The notes under the pieces are model-generated. The model did no database searches. It was not told where the DNA came from and was given only the letters and a program-made list of their open reading frames with translations. A program made the position numbers and the translations under genes. A DNA stretch of 64,000 nucleotides. It comes from a virus. Taxonomy: Duplodnaviria > Caudoviricetes. Numbering within the stretch: the stretch's first letter is position 1; each line of letters opens with the position of its first letter. The DNA lies in the IMG/VR virus record IMGVR_UViG_3300028549_001137, positions 1 to 64,000 of that record, one strand, 5' to 3'. Below, piece after piece: positions 25,901 through 37,800 of the stretch.

Positions 25901-28432
25901 GAGTATGGAGGGGTAGGACCAAAATTTGGTAATAGACATAGGCAGATACTAAGGACGTATAGAACAATGGATAAGGTAACTTGCTATGATAATAAATCTC
26001 GCGCAACTTCTAAACTAGCTCCAGCATCAATGGTCTTTTCTAAATCAGATGTTACTTCAATTGATGCTACTATGTGGGATTATAGATGCGTTTTAGACGG
26101 TCCAGAGTTGGTCAATCCGTTAGGTTTATTAACAGCGGTTACTTTTGACAGTGTTGGTGTAAATGAAGAGATTGATTATTACAATAGGTTCAGACATGAT
26201 GAGGTTTTTAGAATTACAACACATTCTAATTTACTATATCAAAGGCATACACAAGGTGATTCAGATCAAGTACCAGTCTATGAATTTAAGATGTATATTG
26301 GCGGAGAAAGATCAATTCAATGGGCGTGGCAAGAACCATGGAAAGACATAGAGCGAGGCTTTTCTATAAACTATGATATTAGTTTTTTAGAATTGGTCGA
26401 TAATTACATAAATAATGACACATCTGGTAATTTTAAAAATTGTACTTCTGATGGTAATTGTGTGCTCCAATCTTTGGATGTAACTTATCCAAGTTATAGA
26501 TTTGATTATACATATAAAGAATTCAGGTTGATTCCAGATGAGGGTGAATGTGTATTAAATGTAGTAGCACCAATAAAAAATGAATACACAGGGGAATATC
26601 AAGGGTTTTTATCTGTACAGCTAAACGGAGGTCCAATACGTGGAATTGGTAGGACTGGTGAATGGTTGAGAAAATCTGACCTATCAGACGCTCAAGATAC
26701 CGAAGACCCAGATAGTGATTTTAGTAAATATAATATAGAATTATATGAAGAGGCTGCTATAGCACTTGTTAATTATATTTCTATTATGCAGGATTATACT
26801 ATTAATCCAAAAAACGTTTGGGCTACTGAAGTAACTTTGTTAGACACTGGGTGTAATAGTAAAGATATGCAAACAGCGGAAGATGACGACAGAATGGTAG
26901 AAACTTATTTTAGAGACGCAAACACTGGTAAACTTATGACTTTAAAAACTCATTTTCAACGAGGCCTTGCTGTTCAAATAAATTCTGGTAGATGGCCGCT
27001 AAAAATTATCCCTATTAATCAGTTACAGTGTGTGGAGGTGTTTGAAGAAGTGATATGTGGTACATACACTACACAGAACATGTCATGGGATTTTGATAAT
27101 ATCAAACGAACAGTGGGTAGAGTAAGTATTACTTTTAAATTTGGTTCAGAAGAGTTACAAGTGGAAGGCGGAGAGGATCTCTCTACGCAAGTAAAGAAAA
27201 CATACAAATACTATCATCAACCAAAGGTATCTGTTTATGTCGAAGACATGTTGTTATTTGAAACACCAGCGATGGTTTTGTATAATGGACCAGATGTTGT
27301 AAATTGTGATATAGTTACAAAAACATTCGAATGGGATAATGCTTTCGACTATATCATGGATGGAAAGACAAGTCTTACTATAAAATTTGGTGTCACACCT
27401 ACAGAAAAAGAAATCTCTGAATCTGAAATACTAACAGGTATTGAAGGCAGATATATACAGTCAGTTAATTCTGTACACATTAATAATGTGCGTTTACATG
27501 AAGATGTACTTATTAATGCAACAGAAGACATAAGAGTATGGGAAAGAAAATATTATGTATCTCATGGTAAACATGGTGATTACCCACCACAAGGCACAGA
27601 TGGGGGCGTACTAAGTACAGAACCTGAAAAAGTAGGTGTTTGGCAAAAAGATACTGTAGATGGCACCATAGGCTTATCTTCGTCTAATTCAAATGTTAAG
27701 TGTATGAGTAAAGTGCGTGGTAGATCTGTGGGTAAAACGTATCCTTATGTTACCGATCTATCTGGTGATAGAATTACTATGGAGAACGAACAAAAGCGCC
27801 TATATGATGAAGCAATGAGTGACGCAGTTGCTGATACTACAATGGTAGGTGTATTGCCTCCAGGTATACAACAGTTATTAGATCATACTAAGGTATCTTT
27901 TACAGGCCCATATGACTTAGCACTGCATAACTCACTATTATCTCCGCTTGCTGATTTAGACCATGGTTTCCCATATGCTGCCGAAGGTCATGAATTTAGA
28001 CCAGGGCCGCCAGAGTATAGTTGGTGTCCTAGTTATGAGTGTCCTTTAGGTTCAGCATTTATTTACATATATTATAATTTAGATGCTGAACTAGGTGAAG
28101 ATATTAAGACCAATTTTATGATAGATGAGAATGGAAATGCTACTTGGGGAGGCCCCAGCAATCAAGTACGTTCTTCAAACGATCAGTTTTATTATGGTCA
28201 AGTCCCAAACATGGACCTTATAGAGTCGTATGTTGGTTTAAATATGAGTTATTTTCCAGAAACTTATGGCAGGGACACATCTAGTAGAGTTTATGCAAAT
28301 CCAACATCTAAAATGTCATTTTCAGAACTCAAGCCTTATTCTGAAACCGCATTCACTGTGACTGTTAAGTATACAGAAACTTTTTATGATGATGAGGGTA
28401 TTGGTGTTTCTAGTCCTTTGTCGTGGTGGTAA
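22961..28432 (+). CDS. Giant Cys-rich virion protein (1823 aa)
   Basis: Uninterrupted ORF; 18 Cys in the first ~260 aa; located in the structural module; no catalytic motif seen. Confidence 0.6.
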   Translation: MEKKDGVNKCQYWVIEPLPCIYWNDTDKVCTYKFTVGTKNVDAQKAPYCNLLGTDVRCTAYVSPFPGSTKNRCVLPDPSRYVCNRITGNNWVTSSGTASSGTDSSYEILSWGFDSINGYNDGNCDSKGTDVTCSGYSPYHVGFGTLAPSDEDIYDTFKDGIYSITKEFKYRLPTNFVVCNIRSKISKCFWWKSGSTDFVVNSVTGMVELEGEWACTCTKDTSKYNDFVLSDGVWANSPPCNGCKPECPNYTGVCWQYCIDEKMESGDPILAEQIHELRYYHRENRWTVEAIADMFIDKGTIFAWSGIKDSGVCETGLDGAQVDVTCVPTGSSSLMGEINVTLGSNNSIEGYEISSIKTSMASFDTFCVDSEEVVLTEGTEVVGELPNYPTLINEVVLLPLSIIIKNNFEKNKFFEVKQLSDTSKIAIYGKCFYTDPVYAINISDKIISKYIPAQIFLYDSIYDIETALSTLQFDEFRYRFSAVLKSLGRFFPDKIISNTISEEEGVFLLNVPTLFGGDTWDGSNKNTILVFQNIGNYIVYDKTTFTKRVVGGILSQTEFSIRGDGLEVPLPSNYEADFNAVVNKNGTLVFKYVPFVSESISSNMLYMYNSSMYEGTDGTYIYGYVDYTMEAGSLLIDKENVVILGSNGYMIIDVVHPYLNNVLKPWEVEKIEIHFLDDEGNTSSTCEMEIVCHGASGTIGPQQLIIKPKNMGDYHSVCEASAIVVLQNITYTERRSFDEKPEETEFLIKYNKTPKIDILSKGDLVMDDNGFTIHNFQFTFTPTVVITNSKGIPFTSYKTKPIGDVKQVFCPSVEIMFSWGANAIVYDNDPWCRCCGPWKQINMYSVNGTDFSSVGATSGGPKCSDHPWTPSQSSGPIWYPFNSCESYATYDQINNHTNTSIDIMGVFQLKDSDDAWVHGQHDMRLLAGIKSMGREMYGCGIFGCTCGMQTGNTKRSSDPIFTGWGRVFGKVPDIEYEEWIEYGGVGPKFGNRHRQILRTYRTMDKVTCYDNKSRATSKLAPASMVFSKSDVTSIDATMWDYRCVLDGPELVNPLGLLTAVTFDSVGVNEEIDYYNRFRHDEVFRITTHSNLLYQRHTQGDSDQVPVYEFKMYIGGERSIQWAWQEPWKDIERGFSINYDISFLELVDNYINNDTSGNFKNCTSDGNCVLQSLDVTYPSYRFDYTYKEFRLIPDEGECVLNVVAPIKNEYTGEYQGFLSVQLNGGPIRGIGRTGEWLRKSDLSDAQDTEDPDSDFSKYNIELYEEAAIALVNYISIMQDYTINPKNVWATEVTLLDTGCNSKDMQTAEDDDRMVETYFRDANTGKLMTLKTHFQRGLAVQINSGRWPLKIIPINQLQCVEVFEEVICGTYTTQNMSWDFDNIKRTVGRVSITFKFGSEELQVEGGEDLSTQVKKTYKYYHQPKVSVYVEDMLLFETPAMVLYNGPDVVNCDIVTKTFEWDNAFDYIMDGKTSLTIKFGVTPTEKEISESEILTGIEGRYIQSVNSVHINNVRLHEDVLINATEDIRVWERKYYVSHGKHGDYPPQGTDGGVLSTEPEKVGVWQKDTVDGTIGLSSSNSNVKCMSKVRGRSVGKTYPYVTDLSGDRITMENEQKRLYDEAMSDAVADTTMVGVLPPGIQQLLDHTKVSFTGPYDLALHNSLLSPLADLDHGFPYAAEGHEFRPGPPEYSWCPSYECPLGSAFIYIYYNLDAELGEDIKTNFMIDENGNATWGGPSNQVRSSNDQFYYGQVPNMDLIESYVGLNMSYFPETYGRDTSSRVYANPTSKMSFSELKPYSETAFTVTVKYTETFYDDEGIGVSSPLSWW

Positions 28433-28458
28433 AAATAATACTAAAAGGAGTTCGGTAC

Positions 28459-28872
28459 ATGTATTCTTCAAGATGTGATAAATGTGGTCAATATATGCTT
28501 ATAAATTATATATTAACATCTGAGTTGCTATCTTCTGAATTAGCCATATTAATAAATGAAGATGGGACCAAAAATATTGATGGTTTTTCTAATAATGTTA
28601 TTATGGTGTGTCCTTATTGTAGACATACTAAGTATAGTAATTTTGATAAATTGGTTTCAGAGTTTAAATACGAAATAATGAATAAATTATTAAAGCGTAG
28701 AGAATCGGATTCTCATAAGAGGCTGGATAAAACAAAACTAAAAGAGGAGAATGGTGTAAGTTACTGCGGTATGTGTGAGGGTCCTTTTGGTGACGGTTAC
28801 TGTTATAATGACTTGAAGGCCCAATGTATTGTTCGTAATAAACTTACAAAAAACCCTAATTGTGATGCTTGA
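28459..28872 (+). CDS. Zn-ribbon protein
   Basis: ATG 28459 after AAGGAG; CDKC, CPYC and CGMC motifs. Confidence 0.65.
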   Translation: MYSSRCDKCGQYMLINYILTSELLSSELAILINEDGTKNIDGFSNNVIMVCPYCRHTKYSNFDKLVSEFKYEIMNKLLKRRESDSHKRLDKTKLKEENGVSYCGMCEGPFGDGYCYNDLKAQCIVRNKLTKNPNCDA

Positions 28873-31800
28873 CTTTAATTTATTAAAAGAGGCGCATAGT
28901 ATTAGTAATGTAGTGTCATGTAGACACGATAATTTAAATGGCTTCCAATCTGACTTTAGTAAGAATGGTGATGTAGATGGGTGGGATGTTTATAGTGGTG
29001 TGTGTATGTATGGATGCTGGAATACTGTGTTATTTGGTACTTCTACTGAAAATTCTTGTTTTATAGGGAGGACTACTCCTTTTGAGTACATTTTAGCAGA
29101 GAAGTACTATATAATTAAGTTTGTTATGAAATTGACAATGTTAGACCAGGCTAAACATAAGGCCCCTACTAAGGGGAAAGTTATGTGGACCACTACTGAG
29201 ACTCCTGAGTGGGTAGATGTTAGTTCAAAAGAGTTTGAACTAAACATGTCGGATCAGTGGTACACTTATATAATTAATGTTGGGGAATCTTCACAATGGC
29301 TAGGTAATATTAATAATTTAAGAATATTCCCTATGATAGATGGTTTCCCTGATATTCAGTTTGTTATAAAAAATATTAGAATAGATTCAATTAGTGATTT
29401 TAGTTGTAATAACCACGCCTGCGCGTACTATTCAAAGTACGCTCATCCATGTCAAGGTACTGGAAAGCCTTCGTGTATAACTTCTGGTAAGTTTATCAAA
29501 AAATTTAATACTGTTGCTGGCGTTTCCGATTGTTTAATAGTTAATATTGATGATTATGGGGATGAACATATAAATTTAGGAACAAATGTAAATGTTTCTG
29601 GGGCAGAGATAGCAAAGATAATGATTGACCGTATTAGTAGGTTAAATCTTGGACAATATGCTTATGCTGATGTTCGGTATATAGAAGAGAGAGGTCTTCT
29701 TTCTATATACTCAGGTTCAGTTAGTGCTGAGGCAACAATTACGGTTTCAGGTTCTGCGTCTTTAGCGTTAGGTTTTGTTGATGAAAATAATAATGATATC
29801 TCGACTTACATGTTAGGTGAATCACCAGCGTCTGGATTTGATTACTCTTCATCTAGAAGACTTAAAGGTTTTGAATTAAATGCTTTAATCAATTCAGACA
29901 CAGATTCTTGCGCTTACTACCATAACATAGACCAATTCACTGTGGAGGCTGGAAGAAGTGAATTTGCTGAACAAATGACAGCCAATACTTTGGCTATTAG
30001 TGATAGATTAGATCATAATAAGTTAATTGATTGTTCACAGAAAATATTAATTGATTGGTCTCACCCTATCAACGATTCTGGAAGGTTATCTAATATATGG
30101 GTAAATGGTACACATGTATATAAAATGTCGCAATCATCAACACATTGGGCAGACTTTAGTAATAATCCACCATATCCACCAAAAATACTAATTCTTAGAC
30201 CGTATAAAGACGGCTCTGTAAAGATTATACATTCATTAGATATAGAAGACGAGGGGCTGACTACTCGTTACACAGAAATAGAAGTTACTTTTAAAGTAGT
30301 GTGTAATATTTTAGTGAATAAAGGAGACTTAATAGGGTTTTTTAATCTTAATGTTTTAGCTCCGTATTCTAGTAGAACTAAATTACCTAATGCTGTATAT
30401 TACCAAGTAGATGTAGTAGATGGTATGCTACCAACTGATAAATTTACTATTGGTCCTCCAAGGTCTCAAGGCGTGATAGGTCTTGCATATTATGCTAGAA
30501 GTGACAGGCAGCAGACAAATATACAGTTGGAAATTGATATGGGGAAACGTGTTAATATAAAAGAACTTCAAGTTTATGGAAAGAGTTTTTCCAATATCTA
30601 TGAGTATAATGTCGCTTGTTGTCTAGATGTATCTTGGACCGTTGACCTACATAATGAAACTCATATACATGAGTATGGGGGATCTTGTGTCCCGCATGGG
30701 TATGTTGCTCATAGAAATAAAGCTTATGGTATAGAGTGTTTAAGTGATTGTGTAACAACTATAGATGGTGGCAAATGCGGTGATTTTTATACGATTAAAA
30801 CCATACAGCCTGGCTTTATTAAAACATATTTTGATGGTTATGAATGTAATGGGTCAGATCCTGATACCTATTGCGGTATAGAGACTTTTGGAGAACACAC
30901 ATATTTCTATGTTAATGGTGATATGGAATGGGCTGGTGGAGGCTGCCCAGGAGATATCGTATCTGTACCACATGCAAAGCATGAGTTTGAAGACTATGGC
31001 GGTGGTAGATTACCAATAAATTATGAGTATGACCCTGTTACATTCTATTTGATGTTTCCTCATACGAAAGATATTGAGGTGCATAAAACTATAATGTATT
31101 TTAAAGAACCAAAAAACTTTAAACGTTTTTCATTATCTTATTATCTAGGGGAAAATGGTGAGTGGGGGAACGCTGAGGCACCTCATTTTGAATTAATTCC
31201 AGATTATAATATAGTAACATTGGATGGTACAGTGTACTATAAGGGATTTGCGGATGGTGAAAACTCACTTACTCAAAGATTTGAGACTACTTTGTTTAAT
31301 AACCCAGTTGCTTGGTCCGACCCAAACTACTCAAACGGTGAGTGTACTAATTGGGAACTTTTTCAGACTCAAATGAATACTCAGTTTAATATAATAAAAC
31401 ATGAGTTTGACCCTGTAAACGCCAAGGGTTTTATGATTTATTGTACATGGCATTTAAGCACTAAAATAACTGAACTAGAATTGTATAGTAAAATAACTGT
31501 TGAGCCTACTTTAATAGATAGTATTAGTTTACTTACATCTATTTATGGTGGTGATTGGAACGAGGTGGTTTTTACTGGGTGTGAGAATAATTCAGAAAAA
31601 ATAAGCGCTTATATTTCTGGAAATCCACGTTATTTTAGGATTGAGGTTACACCACAAAGTGAGTTTGAATTAAAAGAGGTAAATGCTGTAATAACAGACA
31701 GTAGAATAAAATCACTTGGTTGTGGGGACACTCTATTAACTAATTTTGCCCCAAGAGGGGTAGTAGTTAAATCAACCACATTGGATATAGAGAATACGTT

Positions 31801-34800
31801 TAATATTCCTATGGACTTAGTAGTAGATATACCAACTCAATTATTTACAAGTAGTGCAATGTTGTCGTGGTTAAAATTGGATTCAGAAGTATCCACTATT
31901 AATAGTGAGATTGGACCAGGGGCTATAGTTAGGAAAGTAGATGATTATCAAATTGAGTTATTTGACAGTCAGATAGCAATTAATACACCTTCTTATTATC
32001 TTAAAAATTTGATAGATAATAAAAACGCTTATGTGCAGGAAAATGGTACCTCGTATCATAGTTTTGGTACTTTACACCATGGTGAAGATATAGGCTATTC
32101 TAATATACCTAATGGTAGAGAAACTGTAGCGGGCTTTAAAGCAGTGTCAAGTAAGTATTGGAAGTTTGGTTCTTATTCTGCTAATGGGTATACTTTAGAA
32201 TCTTTTTCTATTTTTTATGACACATCATCTACCATTATACCTGTAGCCATTAAGGACTTCAGTAGTTATTCTAATAGTACATACTTAGAAGAGGTCATGT
32301 GGTCACAAGAAAATTATTTTGAGGATGGTAAATTACTTTTTATATCTTATCCAGGAGATAGTACTAAGGAAATAAGTAAATTTTTTATAGATGGGGATTT
32401 TGAGATATATGCAGAAGTCAGTTTTAAAACGATTCCTACCATTTGTAGTTGTATTGCTGCCTTATTGAATATCACATCAGCTGAGAACTCTGAGCAACAG
32501 ATAGAGTTGTATTATGAGTTTACAACAAATAATTATGCCAATATCGGCTTTAAGTATCATAAACAAAATGATGGTTGGACAACAGTAAAGAGTACTTCTT
32601 ACTATCCATATTCTCCAGTATATTTAAAGTTAATTAGAAGTGGTGATGTTTTTACAGCACTATATTCGTATAATATTGTTTATGGTTGGACAACTTTGTA
32701 TACTTGTGTTTATACTGGGTTTAGTAAAAAAGTATATTTTGGAATGGGGACTTTAAATTACGGTTCATCATCTAGTAAATTTGAGACCTACTATAACGAC
32801 CTTAAGATAATTAATACTTGTATGTACTTAAGCGATTTATCTGATGAAGTAGTGGTTACAACCCCATTACCTATAGAAAGTGTATATATCCAATCTGAAA
32901 AAAAAGAAAAAAATGGGTCTTTTGAGACTACTTTTAACAACATAACTAATACTATAGACCCTGTGACAATAATAGATGAAACGTTTACAGAGGGGTTATG
33001 GTATGATAACTGGAATTACAGTTTAGGAACTCATACTGATAATACTTTTGTAGTGAGAAATGCGTCTATATATCCGTATATAGGCCCAAACGATATTATT
33101 AGTATTGAAAAAGAGTTTCTTCCAGGAGTAATCAGTTTTGAATTAGAAGTGGATTTTAATTTTGATTTACCAAACAAGATCAAGTATTCTATAGAATTAT
33201 TAAACGATGCTGATGAAGTAGTATTTGAAATATACTTATTAGGATTTGAAACAGACAGATCTTTATTGGAAGGGGCCTCACAAGAGGTAAGTTTTTTATT
33301 ACATGCAGAGAGTCCAGTCCCCACAGTACAACGAATTACAAATGGTAGATCTGGAAAGTCCCCATTGATTTATGAACATAAACTTATTTCAAAAGAAGGA
33401 CTCATTTATAATGATGATGGGTTTAAGTTCATTGTTAAAAAAAGTTATTTAACTTTTACAGAAATAGTACTGAAAAGTACGGACGGATCTATAGAGTACT
33501 ATCGTGGACAAGATGAGGACTCTTTTACAAGTAGGGTAAGTAAGCTACGTATTTCTTATTTAAACCTATCGGATGAATTTATTCATACCCAACTACAGAA
33601 TTGTAGTACCACCTATATTAATTTTATGGCGCTGCCTAAGTTAAGTGATAAAGAACTTATAGTTTTAGAATTTAGTGGGAGTGTGCCAATTGGGACTATT
33701 AAATTATTAACACGAGAAGGTGATATTAAATATCCAGTAGTACTTTTAAGTAACACCGGTTCCAATGATTATCGGGAGTGGGCAAGGGGTTTTAATACAA
33801 CTGGGTCTCTATCAACAAGTACCCACAATGTCTATAGTAGTGATGTAGCACTTCCAGGTAGCACTTATTTTTTACATAATCCACACGCTGTATTTAATGA
33901 TGATTCTGAAATATTTATCAGTACCGCATCAAAAACTCAGTTTATAGCTTATGATTTTGGTGCAGGTAATGATATGGTTGTGAATAAAATACATATCAAG
34001 ACTGCGATTTATAGCCCCCAGCAGTATGATTACTTTCCAGTTTTGCAAGTATATGGTTCTAATACTTATAAAGACAGTATAATTTTAGATGCCTATGGTT
34101 CTCCAGCACAACTATTATTTGATTTAAGTGTAGCAACTTTTTTAACGGAGTTTGAGATAAATTATATTTCAAGTGTAAGTTACGACACTGAAAAACTTTT
34201 TAATAATGATAATAGTTATAGATATTACATTTTTTATTGGCCAGCAGGTGCGTCTAATGAGTCTAAGTCAATATGTTTAGAATACATTGGGTTATACAAA
34301 CACTATGGTTTCGATACTAGTAGTTCTGTAACAAGGTTTAGTAAAAATTATTTTAATTACTTTGCTATAGATTTAGGTAATGTACATAGTTTAGATATAC
34401 TTAGGAATTATGGACCGATAGGGACTCAGGCTTTGTTAGATTTAATGGATCCTAATCACATCAGTTACTCATACACTGACACAGGAGATATTAGTCAAGT
34501 GGATTGGCCAGAGAATAGCCCATCAGTACTATTTAATTTTGAGGATTATGAAGATAAAGCTTTACCATCTAGGTTTATTGAACTGGACGGGTTTTTTAGT
34601 TTATATACCACTGGCGCACCTGTTACACCAGAGAGTTATGTAGGTATAGGTATAAAACTACTTTATTTGGGTGAACGCACTGCTTCTTCTCTTTCGTCGG
34701 TAGGAATAAGTGCATATACCTCCTTTACTACTGTGAACGCTTCCAACTTAGTTAAGGACAACGATTATTTATCTATAGATTTATTAGTGTCCCCCCGGTC

Positions 34801-37800
34801 AAATTTTAATTATGGATACATAGCAATTTCAAGTAGTGATTCGGTAGGGGTAGAGGAATGGCGTTACAATTTTAATAGTTCTGGGGGGGACCCTTTAGAT
34901 CTTTCAAACTGCCTTAGTGAGTCATATCAAACATTTAAATTACCTCTGTCTTATTTTGAGGCAGTAAGTGCAGGTAGTGAACTTAATTTATCTGCCATTA
35001 AAACAGTTAGATTTTTTGTTTACGCAAAACCAGGAGGGGCCACGCTTGGTTGGAGGAATGCTTTTATTACACACCAAAGTATTATTTCTGCAGAAGCATC
35101 TACATCTCTATTTTTATCTAATAATGATTTTACAATAGAATTTAGGATTAAACGTACCATGCTGGGTTCGGAGGGTATTTTAAGTCAGGTAGATGAGGCA
35201 GACAAAAACTTTTCTTCGTTCTCTTTTGTATTTTCTAAAGATAATTATTTAATTGCTACATTATATGCCTCTAATTTAATTTTTGAATTTATATCAGAGG
35301 TTATGGTAGAAGATACTTTGTGGCATCATATAGCGTTAGTACGTAATGACGTATCAGTATCTTTATATATAGATGGGAGTATACAGTGTACTAAGTCTAT
35401 TGCAAAAGTAGAAATAAATAAATCTACATCTCCTTTAATAATAGGAGGGGCCTGCTATTATAATTTTATTGGTTATATGGATGAATTACGTATTATTAAT
35501 GGTAAATCTGTTTACTATAGTGATTTTATCCCCACTATTGAAGAATACGCTATTGATACAAAAATAGGTAGTAAAGAGGCTGCTCGTTGGGTAAGAATTG
35601 CTATGGAGTGTGGTGATGGTATAAATAGAACTTTACAGTATATAGGTGTTTATGCGGATATAAGAAATGCTTTTTCTCCTACAGGGGGTATTAACTGCGA
35701 TTGGGTACCTATTGGAGACGCGCTATCATGCTATAATGTTGTTCCAGGAAATATTGCACCAAGTGCTTCTGTGATAGGTTATGAGACTATAACTGATTCT
35801 TTTACGTCAGGTATAAGTGATAACTGGAGCCTTATATCTTCTGAGTCTACTAATGACATAATAAATCAAACTGAGTTTTCTGGAAGCCACCCATCTTCTT
35901 TTTGGCGTTCTACTTTTAATTATTTAAATAGTGCTACATCTTCAATAGCACACTCTATTAATTCTTTACGTATAGAATTAGGTAGTAGTGAGGAAGGTAA
36001 TTGTGTTTTTAATACAGAATATTGTTTATTGGATTGCTCTTGCGAACTTGACTATGTTGACCAATCTGTATATATAAATGATGGGTTGTTCCTAAGCTTA
36101 TCAATATACTCTGATACTGGTGATTATTGGTCTATTGTACGCAATAGGTTAACTATCTCTATAGAAAATAATGGGAATAAATATTACAATTACAGTACCG
36201 ATGTATCTAATATTACTGGATTCAAAATAAAAAGACTTGGAAGATTGCTTAGTTTTTATGTATATAATAATGATGGTTGGATAGAACTACAGAGTGTGGG
36301 TACACTTACTGCCGATACTTCACCTTTTATATCAGGTTTTGGTGTATACTTTGAGCTTTTAGTAAAAAAACAGGCTATTTATCCGGCCACTGTTATATAT
36401 ATAAACAGGGCAGTATTAAAAAATGAGGGCGCTATTGCGCCTATTAGTGCACTGTGGTCTACCGTTACGTCTTCTGGTGTTAATCCTTCAAATATGTTGG
36501 GCTACATAACACCTGAGGTTCCTATTGAGTATGGTCCGATTTTTAGCCCTGGGATAATTAGTACTGGAAACAGAGTAAACTATTTAACATACCGTTACCA
36601 AAATTCAGGGGATGAGGGAGGTGCTGGCCTATCAATAATAGACTACAGAGATAATGAGATATTTGCAACGGCATGTTTTCAGCATGCCTGGGCAATTAAA
36701 AGCGCTGTAGGTTGGGAAGTTGTTAATGATGATATTGTCAAAGGTAGTTGGTGCTATGTAAGAATAGAGTTTAATTGGGATACAGCAACTGCTTTAGTTA
36801 TATGGGGGGATATAGAGACTGGTGAAACAAAAACATATGAGCGAGGCCTAATATATAATACTAATGTGGCTAAGGCTCAAATACGTTCTACTTTTGGAAA
36901 GTCATGGCAAAAAACTTTTTTAGATGTGAAGTTTGATGAAATTGAAGTTTCTCCAAGTATACAGTATATGGCATCATACCATCTAAATAACTGTATCACT
37001 GGGGATGGTCCAGAAAGTTCAGCAGAGTTTAGATACCATGGCGAAGACGATGTTGGATCTGATTCTATGGCTGATGAATTTGAAAACTGCTGGGGATTTC
37101 CTTACACTGATCCTGTTCCAACTTTAATACTTGACCTAGGGGCAACCTTCAAAGTAGATAAGTTTGTGTTTTATGAGATTGGAAAAAATATGTACCCTAT
37201 TGAATCTTGTAGTGTATATGGCGCAACTACTACTTCTGGTCAATTCTCTTTACTAGTTAGTGATTTAGGTATTGGTCAGGATTATTTTGGTTCAGCTAAT
37301 ATCGAACCTACAGATGTTAGGTTGATCAAACTTACTATTAATAAATACTACAGAGGTAGGGAAAATTCTGGTATTGAGTTTATCCCAGTAGTTATTAATA
37401 CTACATCTAAATACGGAGAGGTTCAAGAGACTATTTTAGATGGTGGTTTTATTAGGGAGTTTGAAGTGTGGACGTCTACAGGTAAAGATATATTGAACAG
37501 CGAAGATCATCCAATAGTTTGTATGGATTTAAAGGATAGGTATAATATTGTAGCCCATAGTATTACTCATGAAATTGATGATGAGTATGATAACGATGAG
37601 CAGTTTTTTCAGTACTCTTCTAATATATCAGACGATCCAAGTCAAGTATCATTTTCAACACAGGGTGGTTATGATCAGGTATTTTCATTTGCTGATTCGG
37701 TTATAGGTGACGAAAATAATGCGGGCCCTTTTGAATTAGGTAGACAGATATTTTTAGATGTGGGCTATTATTCATTTGCTTGGAATACATTTAGATCGGA

